A stretch of DNA of 63,694 nt, the filler included, from Octopus bimaculoides (taxonomy: Eukaryota), in the NCBI RefSeq assembly GCF_001194135.2. It is 4 parts of 4 records of this genome, joined end to end, with 100 filler letters (N's around TTAATTAATTAA, not from the genome) between each part and the next. Parts side by side here need not be neighbours in the genome. Positions count along the whole stretch, not along the records: positions 24,220 to 54,437 come from NC_068982.1; 3 more parts are not named here. The stretch is one strand, 5' to 3'. The translations under genes and the position numbers were made by a program. The notes beneath the pieces were generated by a model, which saw only the letters and a list, made by a program, of their open reading frames with translations, was not told where the DNA came from and searched no databases. Of this stretch, positions 41,276 through 52,249 are shown one piece after another (the stretch's first letter is position 1; each line of letters begins with the position of its first letter).

Positions 41276-41342
41276 TTCGAACCAAGATCAGTGAAAATAT
41301 ATGTAAGAGATATAAATATCTTTTCACTGATCTTGTTTCGAA
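41276..41342. other. 67-nt hairpin (21/22-bp stem), pre-miRNA-sized
   Basis: TTCGAACCAAGATCAGTGAAAA (41276-41297) versus TTTTCACTGATCTTGTTTCGAA (41321-41342). Confidence 0.6.
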
Positions 41343-41369
41343 CTTTGATTGGGGTTTTCAACCGGTCAT

Positions 41370-41545
41370 GTCAGACTTACCAACAATACAATGGGCAACT
41401 TCACTTGTCATCTGTGTTCAAGGGCATACCATTCCAGGATGGGACAGCTTTCACGTTTATCAACTCACAAGAAATTGGATAAGACTCCTTGCGGACAGCG
41501 TCGTCATCAAAATTGACAGACGGCTATCAACAAGAAAGTAAGTAT
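41370..41545 (+). mobile_element. Possible RTE-clade LINE 3' fragment
   Basis: FTCHLCSRAYHSRMG resembles the RTE C-terminal CxxC..HS.xG motif. It ends in short aagtaagta repeats. Confidence 0.35.
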
Positions 41546-42801
41546 ATGCTTCTTGGTAGAATTTGTGTCATATATATAATATTTAAAAGTGTGTGTATCA
41601 GAACACCTAAAATATCTGCATGTAGTTCTGTGAGTATTAGTGCTTAAAAAATTGGAATTAACAGTTTCCTGATAAATTGAAGGCAGCTATAAATATTCTG
41701 TGATACCCATTAATTACCAAACGTTAATTAACAATGATTTTAGTCTTTTGTTTTTTTTGTTAGCGAATCGATTTTCCCCCTATTTCCTTAAACTGTGTGA
41801 ACGATGGAGGGTGTTGAGTGCTGATTAAAATTTGACCAAATGAATCTTATAAAATTTGTTCTTGTATTTTTATATATCGACTCCAGATGGATGTTGAAAA
41901 ACAAATTTCATCTAATCTAAGAACAAATACCTAGACAAGTATATGTGTATGTATAAGATGATATAAGTGTATGTACGTATTTATATATATATATATACAG
42001 GCATATAAATGATGATGATGATGATGATCATGATGATCATGATGATGATGAGTGCAATAAAGTATTTTGTGCTATAGTATTCTAAATTCAACTGTTCTAT
42101 ATTCTATTGTTTCTGTCATTACTTACTATTGTATTAAGATATTGATTTCTAACGCATGCACAATGCACCACAATGACAAGACGTGATATCAATTAAATCA
42201 ATAACGGTGCGTTCACTAATACATAATTTATCGATTCCACAGTGATCTAGGCAGACAATATCAAAAAAATAAAACAACAAAAATTCTCTTTTCATTTAAA
42301 TGTGCAGAATCCGAGGAAACTAGTGGAGTTCTTCTGAAAATAAATATACAATTTTTTTTTTTTCAAACAAGCGTATACGTTCTATGACTTAAAGAAGAAA
42401 AGAAGCTTAACGTTTTGTTTTTTGGAGAACCCTTTGTCGGGGGTGGAAAAAAATGTCAACTAGTTTTTAAGGATGCATTAAGATAAGTGAAGGGAGGAGT
42501 GAACGGAGTAAAGGAAAAGAAGCTCGATTTCAAAGGACAATGGTCAAAGCGAAAGGAAAATAAAATAAGGAATAGAGTATGAGTTGAGAAAGCAGCGGAG
42601 GGGAGACATAAGGAAATACGAACACGCTAACACACGCACGCACACACATACACATGCTCATACGCACAAACACACATAGGCACACACGCACACATGAATA
42701 CACACACACACACACATACACGCATAAGTACGCAGTTATATATTTATATATATATATATGAATGTGTATATGTGTAGTTCTATATTTAAGAGATGAGGAA
42801 T

Positions 42802-42955
42802 TATTTACATCATTTACATCATTTACAATTGACGGATATTCGTCCTCATCTTGTTTGTTGTTAACACAACGTTTCGGCTGATATACCTTCCAGCCTTGAT
42901 CAGATGTCTTGGGAACATTTCTCATTCCTAAGGTATTTTTCGATGTTGGTGTTGC

Positions 42956-43001
<46 letters not shown>

Positions 43002-43094
43002 GTTGTTGTTGTTGTTATTCCGGTCACTGCCTGGAATCGAACTCGGAATCTTCGGGTTAGTAGCCCATGCTCTTAACCACTACGCCATATGCCC
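42802..43094 (-). mobile_element. tRNA-Arg-derived SINE: head + (AAT)n + tail with hammerhead-like motif
   Basis: Head 43094-43022 GGGCATATGGCGTAGTGGTTAAGAGCATGGGCTACTAACCCGAAGATTCCGAGTTCGATTCCAGGCAGTGACC has A and B boxes and resembles tRNA-Arg(ACG). The tail ends in GATGTAAAT repeats. Confidence 0.8.
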
Positions 43095-43101
43095 GTGGGC
43101 C

Positions 43102-43105
43102 GTGA

Positions 43106-43174
<69 letters not shown>

Positions 43175-43323
43175 CAACAACAGCACCGAAAAATACCTTA
43201 GGAATGAGAACCCAGGTTTGAAATTTCCTCAAGATACCTGATGAAGGCTGGAGGGTATATCAGCCGAAACGTTGTGTTAACAACAAACAAAATGAGGACA
43301 AATATCTGTCAATTGTAAATAAT
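43102..43323 (+). mobile_element. Second, 5'-truncated copy of the same SINE in opposite orientation
   Basis: gtgacctgaat(aat)n...taccttaggaatgagaa...ctgatgaaggctggagggtatatcagccgaaacgttgtgttaacaac...aattgtaaat is the reverse complement of 42802-43029. Confidence 0.8.
43233..43278 (+). ncRNA. Minimal type I hammerhead ribozyme motif
   Basis: GATAC-CTGATGA-A-GGCTG(gagggtatat)CAGCC-GAAAC-GTT-GTGTT: intact CUGAUGA/GAAA core, 5-bp stem II, loopless palindromic ACGU stem III, and stem I with G-U wobbles. Confidence 0.6.
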
Positions 43324-43350
43324 ATGTGTATATGTATATGCAATATAGAA

Positions 43351-43411
<61 letters not shown>

Positions 43412-44369
43412 GACATATATATATGTGTGTGTGTGTGTGCGTGCGTGCGTGTGTCTGTGTGTCTGTGTCTGCGTCTATTATTAGAATTTAGAAACTTCGA
43501 AAGGTGTGAAATAATGTTTTTAATGATAGAACCCGAAATAAATAAAGCTATGAATAATATAGCTGGTAGAATATTGGTTTAAAAAGAATAGTATACTACT
43601 ACACGCTTTTATTTATAGCTTTATCTATTTCGAGTCCCAGTGTTAAAGCATATATTTTATTTCATATCTCTCAAATCTTCTAAATTCTTATAATGTAACA
43701 TGTAAACAATTCTCGCTTCTAACAGCAAAGTTTCGGAAATGGATGGCGAAAAAACATTGCTTTGATATAATTGTTTAAACATTTTTCCATTCCAGGAGAT
43801 TTTCACCCAATATTCTTCACGCTGTTATTTATAACATTACACCATTGTTAAACTTACTCTATATACCTATTTTGATATTAAGAAGGCTTTAGATCTCATA
43901 AGAAATTATAAGAATATAAACATATTCCAACTTTGATTTCGATAAACGCAAACGTACAGAGAGGGTTCTTTTGGATAGATATTTCACAGTGTGTTTACTT
44001 CTCCTCGGAGGAAACGTACTCGATTTCCTTTTCCAGTCCAGAGAAAGCGAAAGGTAAAAATAAAAATAGAGAGACAGAAAATAAGAAGAGAGAGAGAGAG
44101 AGAGAGAATAATAATAAGAAAATACTTAGAGAACTTTATCATGGAGAACGGGGAGATAATGTGCATATTTTTAACTAGGCAGATACGCATTTCGTTCGTA
44201 TTAAGACAACCTCTTCATGCTGGAATAAAATGGAAAATAAAATTGATTATATTAAACGACTTTGAACTTTCATGCTATCAGTTTTGTAAGTTCACATGTT
44301 ATAAAGTCTAGAACCGATATTATGACAGTTTGATTCAATTTATTTTAATTTTTTCTCCTTTCATTCCAG

Positions 44370-44402
44370 CATGAAGAGGTCGTCCTAAAAGAAACGAAAC
44401 TG
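44370..44402 (+). CDS. Candidate 33-nt micro-exon (HEEVVLKETKL in phase 0; or 24-nt xRPKRNETG from the alternative AG at 44377-44378)
   Basis: ttttttctcctttcattccag|...AAACTG|GTAAGT: a good polypyrimidine tract and a consensus donor. Confidence 0.4.
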
Positions 44403-44728
44403 GTAAGTGCTTTATCAAAAATGTTTTCTACGATAAATTTCTCTAAACTTCTTCACACCTTTTCAATATACATTTACGCGTATGAAACCTCTTTTTCTTC
44501 AAATATAGATAGATAGATACGTATGTGTGTGCGTTTGTGTGGGGGGGGGGAATATAAAGTAATTTCGGTTGTTTAAAGGTTTTAGAAATATATTTCTCAC
44601 AAAGGAGTTTGATGTTTTCTTTAGATATTCAAATCAACTGAATAATGTAAGAAATAAATGACAGGAATAAATAGTGCAAATACATCCACACAATAAATGA
44701 GTAAATGTAGAATAAGTATTGTTTGCAG

Positions 44729-44818
44729 GCCCATTAAGAGCAACTGTATGCAGCAGGCTTTTACAAACAAATGAACAGTGTAAAAACAATCCTTACTACA
44801 TTTACAAGTGGCTTGTGC
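44729..44818 (+). CDS. Candidate 90-nt exon, phase 1-1 (PLRATVCSRLLQTNEQCKNNPYYIYKWLV)
   Basis: ttgtttgcag|GC...GTGC|GTAAGT. Only one of the three frames is open. Confidence 0.4.
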
Positions 44819-45821
44819 GTAAGTTCATCTGTTCGAGCAATAAACAGAATGTTAAGTTTATTTTAACGAATAAGATTTTGCTCGAGTAAAGGAAATCAAG
44901 ATACAGATAACTTGAGATAAAAGTAATGGAAGTGTGTGTGTGTGTGTGNNNNNNNNNNNNNNNNNNNNNNNNNNNNNNNNNNNNNNNNNNNNNNNNNNNN
45001 NNNNNNNNNNNNNNNNNNNNNNNNNNNNNNNNNNNNNNNNNNNNNNNNNNNNNNNNNNNNNNNNNNNNNNNNNNNNNNNNNNNNNNNNNNNNNNNNNNNN
45101 NNNNNNNNNNNNNNNNNNNNNNNNNNNNNNNNNNNNNNNNNNNNNNNNNNNNNNNNNNNNNNNNNNNNNNNNNNNNNNNNNNNNNNNNNNNNNNNNNNNN
45201 NNNNNNNNNNNNNNNNNNNNNNNNNNNNNNNNNNNNNNNNNNNNNNNNNNNNNNNNNNNNNNNNNNNNNNNNNNNNNNNNNNNNNNNNNNNNNNNNNNNN
45301 NNNNNNNNNNNNNNNNNNNNNNNNNNNNNNNNNNNNNNNNNNNNNNNNNNNNNNNNNNNNNNNNNNNNNNNNNNNNNNNNNNNNNNNNNNNNNNNNNNNN
45401 NNNNNNNNNNNNNNNNNNNNNNNNNNNNNNNNNNNNNNNNNNNNNNNNNNNNNNNNNNNNNNNNNNNNNNNNNNNNNNNNNNNNNNNNNNNNNNNNNNNN
45501 NNNNNNNNNNNNNNNNNNNNNNNNNNNNNNNNNNNNNNNNNNNNNNNNNNNNNNNNNNNNNNNNNNNNNNNNNNNNNNNNNNNNNNNNNNNNNNNNNNNN
45601 NNNNNNNNNNNNNNNNNNNNNNNNNNNNNNNNNNNNNNNNNNNNNNNNNNNNNNNNNNNNNNNNNNNNNNNNNNNNNNNNNNNNNNNNNNNNNNNNNNNN
45701 NNNNNNNNNNNNNNNNNNNNNNNNNNNNNNNNNNNNNNNNNNNNNNNNNNNNNNNNNNNNNNNNNNNNNNNNNNNNNNNNNNNNNNNNNNNNNNNNNNNN
45801 NNNNNNNNNNNNNNNNNNNNN

Positions 45822-45875
<54 letters not shown>

Positions 45876-47257
45876 TATGTAAATATTTGTGTGTGTAAAT
45901 CAATACATTTAAATATGTACATATATGTGTGCGTATGTGTGTTTATACGTATTTATACGTATTTATACAGAAATCATATACAAGTTGCTTTCAGACAATA
46001 AGACTAAATATATTACTACCTAGCTGTTATATTCTCATATACTCAAACAGACACTATATTGATATTGTAGTTATTAACTGCCGCTAGTCAAATTTGTTCA
46101 ATTGTGTGATTTCTTATGAAATTTATTTTTATGCTTCTAATAATTTTATTTACATTTTTATAAGCGGTTCTTCTATATTCACTGTTAATGCCTGACTAAC
46201 AGATAGACTAATTGTTTTTTTAAAACTAGACGGTAGTATTTATTTCTTGTTGTCTGTATTAACTATAAGAACCAACAAGCTCCGGACCAGCTAGATGCAA
46301 GAAACAAATATTTTTCATATCACAAACTACCATTTTAAATAAACAAGCACCTGTTATATACTTAAGTTATAGGGACCTATAAAAATTATTGATGCTCACT
46401 GTTGAAATGCCCTTGATCCTAATCCTCCTCGATAAAGCCTGAATTAGGGCAAGATCACAACAATAATCTAGAGTTTGTACCTTGGTAATTGTAACTAACT
46501 CCCTTTCTATGTTTCACGTAAGCAGTTTAGGAATTTTATATTATAGATGATTCTACAGCCAATCTTGTATATATAACATGAACGAAGATCGAACTCTGTT
46601 AATCTACCAAATATCCAAATAATCTTTTTGTTCTCCGCTAATTTCTTACAGTGAACATTCATTCCTTTAACATAGTATTTTACATAATAATTGAGCAGAG
46701 CTTTCCCAGACATGTTTTTTTATAGCTTCAGTGTTTTCTTGGTATATGTGTACTATTAACAGGACCTTACTGAATAGGAAATTCTTTACTGTTAACCAAC
46801 ATCTTTTCTGAACTAACTACTAGACAAAACTTAGCTGACAAAACGGGAACATATCTCACAAGATATTCAGATCTGACTTTTCGCACTTAACGCTCAGTAT
46901 CCTATAGTGTGAACAAATATAGTGACATAAGTTCACAGTGAATACTGATGTAAATTTGTTTGTCCTTTATTTTTATTTTTTATTTTGTTTTGCTTTTGTA
47001 GTTGTTTTTTTTTTGTTTTTTTTTTGCTTTTTTTGGCGCACAACTTCGCATGAAGTTGTGACATCATAATTGCTTAGTCAATTATTCAAATATAGTTAGT
47101 CTACTTTTCTGTTATTCTTCTCTCTTCTTCTTTCCACCTCCCTATGTCTCTTTTCTCCTAGAATGTATAACAGCATGTACCTATAACATCACATTAAATC
47201 ATATCATATCATGTAGATAGATAGATTGACAGATAGATAGATAAATGGATAGAGATC

Positions 47258-47968
47258 TAGTTCAAAACGGGGGCACCAGTTTTCATTTATGTTTTATGTA
47301 GTGTTTTTGGTACCGAAAGACTTTCAAACTTCGTATACTTATCTATTTTGTGTTATAGAACACAAAAAAATTTTTGTATTCAGAGTTATTTCATGTAAAG
47401 AATTGTCTTATTTCGATAATTTCAACCAATCACTGACAAGTATTCAGCTGTTTACACTTACTCCTTTGGCAGTTTAAGCGGTGTAAAGCGTATTTAATCT
47501 CCATTTATAATTTCGTTAACATCTGCCTGAACTGTATGTGTACAACATTTGCTTTCTTCATTTTCTTTCACGCGTGTTTATTTCGTTAACATCTGCCTGA
47601 ACTGTATGAAAGGTTTATTAGCTACTGCCTAACCCTAACCCTAACCCTAACCCTAACCCTACTGCCGATATGCTTCAGCCATTTTTNNNNNNNNNNNNNN
47701 NNNNNNNNNNNNNNNNNNNNNNNNNNNNNNNNNNNNNNNNNNNNNNNNNNNNNNNNNNNNNNNNNNNNNNNNNNNNNNNNNNNNNNNNNNNNNNNNNNNN
47801 NNNNNNNNNNNNNNNNNNNNNNNNNNNNNNNNNNNNNNNNNNNNNNNNNNNNNNNNNNNNNNNNNNNNNNNNNNNNNNNNNNNNNNNNNNNTATATGACA
47901 CATTCTACCAGTGTCCCATGTTTCAAAGTGTTTCGTTAAGAAAATACTGGTGCCCCCGTTTTGAACTA
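47258..47968. mobile_element. Non-autonomous TIR element (TAG...CTA termini, GATC flanks; Academ-like)
   Basis: Perfect 23-bp TIRs TAGTTCAAAACGGGGGCACCAGT (47258-47280) and 47946-47968, with GATC on both sides. The interior is partly N. Confidence 0.75.
47628..47661 (+). repeat. Interstitial telomeric-type repeat (CCCTAA)~5.5
   Basis: cctaaccctaaccctaaccctaaccctaacccta, flanked by ctactgcc on both sides. Confidence 0.85.
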
Positions 47969-48059
47969 GATCCATGGATAGATATTAATACATATATCCA
48001 TACATATATATATGAAACGATACATTAAAGCTACACATTTATATATATTAAATGCAGTA

Positions 48060-48097
<38 letters not shown>

Positions 48098-48737
48098 TGT
48101 TGCTTTTTACGGTGTATGGTTGTCTATACATTTACATGAATTTACAAACAATTTTAGCTGGAAAAGTGTTTATATGCAATTATACTCTGTTATATATATA
48201 TGGAAAGACAACCATGTAAAACTTTCAAAAATTATATGCGCTGACCCATTCTAAAACTGTGCCAAAAGAAATGTTTCTCTTATTTTTTGTTTGTTTGTTT
48301 TTATCCGTACACAACAGTTACAAACATTTCTGAAAGGCTTCAGTATTTGATACATAATTAGCTTCCCACCTTCACGGAGGCCTCCTGCTAGTTAAAACAT
48401 TTCCAGATAATTTCTTTGTATTGGAAAAATTTCTCCCTTTTCCTTTCACATTGATTTATTTTCAGATGATTAAAAACCAATTAATATAAAAAGAAAGATA
48501 TTTCCATGCATTAATAGAGAATATTTTTGTTTATTATATAATGTTTTATTTTGTTAGTGGAATTGATAAAAACTATTAGACAAATTGATGTTAGTACAAA
48601 AAAGTCATTTATTTTAATCTTAAATAATATCAGGTGTGTGATTGATTAAGGTAAATTGTTCACATATGCTGATTTACAAATCTCAATCTCTAGTTCTCAA
48701 TTATTGTTATTATGTTGGATTTTATTTATTCATTCAG

Positions 48738-48826
48738 ACAAAAGAAAAAACGAAATAAACACAAAGTGTATGTATGGCAAATGTTTTGACCTGAAAAGTG
48801 CCTCTTTAAACAAGTTATTGTCGTTG
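48738..48826 (+). CDS. Candidate 89-nt exon, phase 1-0 (KRKNEINTKCMYGKCFDLKSASLNKLLSL)
   Basis: tttattcattcag|AC...TTG|GTGAGT. Only one frame is open, and its phase is compatible with the 44729-44818 candidate. Confidence 0.4.
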
Positions 48827-48889
48827 GTGAGTTTTTACATCAACTTATATGAAGACTAGAAATCAAATAATCTATGAATGATAATAATA

Positions 48890-49106
48890 ATAGTTCTTTC
48901 TAATATAGGCACAAGGCACAAGGCTTGCAATTTGCTGAGGAGTGGTGCAAGTCGATTATATCAACACCAGTACTCATCGACCCAAAAGGTTCGACCCCGA
49001 CAGGAACGGCCCAAAAGTCGAATTCATCGGTATTTCAACTCACAAGATAAAGCCTAGAAAATGTTCTGAAGCATTTTTTCCAGTGTGCAAATGAGCCTGC
49101 CAGCTC

Positions 49107-49107
<1 letters not shown>
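48890..49107 (-). mobile_element. Nin-like-core SINE, diverged
   Basis: ttctttctaatataggcacaagg...gtcgattatatcaacaccagtact...ctgaagcattttttccagtgtgc...ctgccagc. Confidence 0.6.
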
Positions 49108-49180
<73 letters not shown>

Positions 49181-49200
49181 GTAATAATAATAATAATAAA
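49108..49200. repeat. (AAT)n microsatellite
   Basis: Direct inspection. Confidence 0.95.
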
Positions 49201-49730
49201 TGCCTTGATGCAGTAGCAAACAGTGGCTCTCATGGCTTCTGATCTTAACTGATTGGAAGTGTTATCATGTACATTGTTTTGTCTTGGTATAAAAGATGGA
49301 CTACAGCAAATATTCTGCTCAATACCACAGATTAGCTTGTCAATTGTTTGACTTTGAGCAGTTGAGCATGTCGTTTAGTTGTGCCAACATGTGCATCTCT
49401 GATCACAGGCAGTAGATGTGGAGTATCATAGCCATGTGTTGAGAGGAATTCTTTGAGGGTTGAATAATTCACCTCTGGAAACACGGGTGTTTTGTTCAAC
49501 ATCCTCAAACAAACCTTATTCAAGGATCTTTTGAGCGAGATGGGCTACTCCGCCTGACGAAATTTCTAACTGGGCTTCACCTGCAAGGTCATGCGCTGTT
49601 AATCATGAGATCACCATGTCGTGCACATGTGTCTGTGATGCATGTGCCTGGTGTACCCTTATCAGACGGGTGGTCATGATGTCCATACTAGGCTTCGTGT
49701 ATTTTACACCATGCATTGCTCCCTCAGTTA
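49200..49730. other. ~530-bp non-coding, GC-richer block bounded by AAT repeats on both sides (probable repeat element of unknown class)
   Basis: Begins directly after (AAT)n and ends at ...cagttaataataa. No convincing ORF. Confidence 0.35.
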
Positions 49731-49739
49731 ATAATAAAC

Positions 49740-49870
49740 GTCCTTTCTACTAAAGACGCAAAGCGTGAAATTTGTAGGGCGGTGACTAGTCGATTATATC
49801 GACCCCAGTGTTCCAGTGGTACTTATTCTACCGACTCCGAAAGGATGAATGGCAAACTCGACCTCGGTGA
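49740..49870 (-). mobile_element. SINE 3' half fused to a LINE fragment
   Basis: gtcgattatatcgaccccagtg...gactccgaaaggatgaatggcaaactcgacctcgg, with the head replaced by LINE sequence. Confidence 0.65.
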
Positions 49871-51540
49871 CAGGACTCCATTGTTTTTCTAATGTCCGTT
49901 CATTGACTCCGCGACTATTCCAGTCAATAATTTCCACGTAAGGGGAAAGCAGGACATTGGCCTGTAATTGTTGACCGCATTGCCGTTTTCGATGTTTTTT
50001 AAGCACAGCACTGTCCTACTCATTGTCAACAACACTGATATTACTTGGTTGGCATTTAGCAAAGTGTTGAGTTATGTTGCTATTCGTGCATGGCATTCAC
50101 CAAATCTTTTGATCCAGCAGCTTTGAAATCAATCTGGTCCTGCGACCTTCCAGTTACCCATTTTTTGCTGATTCCCTTCGCTTCCCTAACTGATATGGCT
50201 AGTTTTGCCCGTTGTGGACAGACTACTGTTTGCTTCAGTTCATGCAACCATTCAGCATCCTTCTCGTGCTCCTAGTCTTTGTTCCATGTGTCACTCCAAA
50301 CTTTTTGATTTTCAATGTTATCTGGTATCAACTTTACATCTGTACACTTTCCATTTACTTCTTTGTAGAGTTTCTTCTGATCTACTCTGAATGACCTATT
50401 CTGCAGATATCCCTTCATTCTTTGGTCGTATCTCCATTACCGCTTCCAGGCCCTTTCTTTCAATATACTTCCGGTTCAGTGATCTGTATTTTTTTTTTTC
50501 ACTTTTAAGCTCCCCCTTCTCTTTTCGGTTTAACACAGAAGCACCCGCTTCTCTTTTCGGTCTAACACAGAAATGTCCTTCGAGAGCATATCCAACCCCG
50601 CCTGTTTTCATCTTTTACCCCATGGATCTTTTCTTTTGTCACTCCCATTATATTTCTTTTTCTTGACATCAACACCCACATTTTCTGTTACAACAATACG
50701 TGCTGCCTTGATCAAATTATTTCTTTTTGTGATGTTTTTTGTTCTGATGTATTTCAGAATTTCATTCACACTTTTCGTTTCTTGGTTCAATTTCGAACGA
50801 TCAACCTGTTTAAGGTTGCAAATAATGTCGCTATCGTTCTCCTGTAGCCTTGCCTTTATTCTGTCGTTGATTGCTTTTTGCCTATCTGTCATGTCACTAT
50901 TAGTTTTATTGTCTTCTTCAAGATCATCTATACGTCTCTCATCCAACAAGCTATCACTGTTCCTTTCCTGTGATTTATTAGAGATCTTACCTCTGTTTTT
51001 TGCTATGAGATTACTTTTATGGGTAAGAACTGTACTTTCATCGATTCCTCTGCTGCTGTTTTCTAATGCTCGTCTTTTGATAGCTTCAGGCTCTACTTCT
51101 CTGAACCAACGAGTTTTGTTATTGCTCTAGCTTGATCACATAAACTCTCTCCTCTGAGTTGAAACAATCCGCTTCCTCTCCATTGATCATACAGATGCCG
51201 TCGGTATCTCCTAATATTTTCGTCTACAGGGTTGCTCAGTTAGAAACACTCCATGACCACAGCATTGACTTGTTCGCTCCATCTACGCCGTGTGTGCTGG
51301 CCCATTGCAGGATAATGACAGGCAAGAGCCGGACCAGTATCTCTGGGCCTGCTGGGTGCAACACTGTCACCATCAAGAGTTTCAGTTTCATTACCACCGT
51401 TATTAACAATATTTTGTCTTTTCATTGTTACTCATATGAGGTAGCGATTATCAGGTTGCGCAATTACCAATGTTTTTATTGTGACACCATCACGAGATGT
51501 ATCATCGATCAGGATATGAGGAGATTCTAATCGCTTCCTT
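49870..51540 (-). mobile_element. Dong/R4-like non-LTR retrotransposon, 5' part (5'UTR, N-terminus, start of RT)
   Basis: RRRWSEQVNAVVMECF...KARLQE...LNRKYIERKGLEAVME...; GNWKVAGPD..CWIKRF...RTVLCLKNIENGNAVNNYRPMSCFPLTWKLLTGI is the RT N-terminal region. Frameshifted. The 5' end abuts TTA repeats. Confidence 0.75.
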
Positions 51541-51834
51541 TCATTATTATTATTATCAAGACTGATATTATTATTTTCATTTTTTTTTTTTTGGCTATTT
51601 GTCATCGTTATTATTTCCTCTGATACGACATGAATTCTGGATAATTGTCAGTAACACTTTCGTATTAGTACTAGGCACCGGATCTTATTTATTAGCGTCG
51701 ACAATTTGATAGAGCACCACTTCTATAATTATAGACAAATAAACGTGGTCAAACGTGACAAAGAAGCAAACAGAAAACTAACATCCACCCCTATTTTTTT
51801 CTGTGGGGGTATATATTTGTTTAATGCTATTGGG

Positions 51835-51867
<33 letters not shown>

Positions 51868-52249
51868 NNNNNNNNNNTATATATATATATATATATATAG
51901 CTGTATATACATATACGCATATTTTTTTGTATTATTATATGATTGAACGCCACGCATCCTCTTCCAAGTAAGTTTTATCTTAATAATTCTGATGAGCATT
52001 TTACACTATCTTTTTACTCTTTCGTTTTTCTCTCTTTCTCTATTATAATTTTACCTCCTCTTCTCCCACTATTTTATCCTATTACTGTTTTCTTTTTTCT
52101 CTCTTCCTTTCTCTTTTCTTCGACCTCCCCTTCTCCCATCCTGTTTTTTCTCACTTATCCAATCTCCAAATTTTTTCCTCTCCCCTTCACAGTTCTCTGC
52201 CTGTCACTCTCTCTCTCCTTCACACTTCCTCCCTTGCTCCCGTGGGTCC

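Noticed and set aside
41257-41541. 94-aa ORF ending at a GTAAGT donor-like site
   Set aside because: No recognisable protein or good acceptor. It is better explained by an RTE-like 3' fragment whose tail repeats (aagtaagta) mimic a donor.
43022-43094. Apparent tRNA gene
   Set aside because: The acceptor stem does not pair, and the sequence continues into an (AAT)n spacer and repeat tail. It is a SINE head.
51960-52230. Long polypyrimidine tract giving a hydrophobic 173-aa ORF
   Set aside because: Low-complexity CT-rich DNA fused to an out-of-frame mariner remnant.
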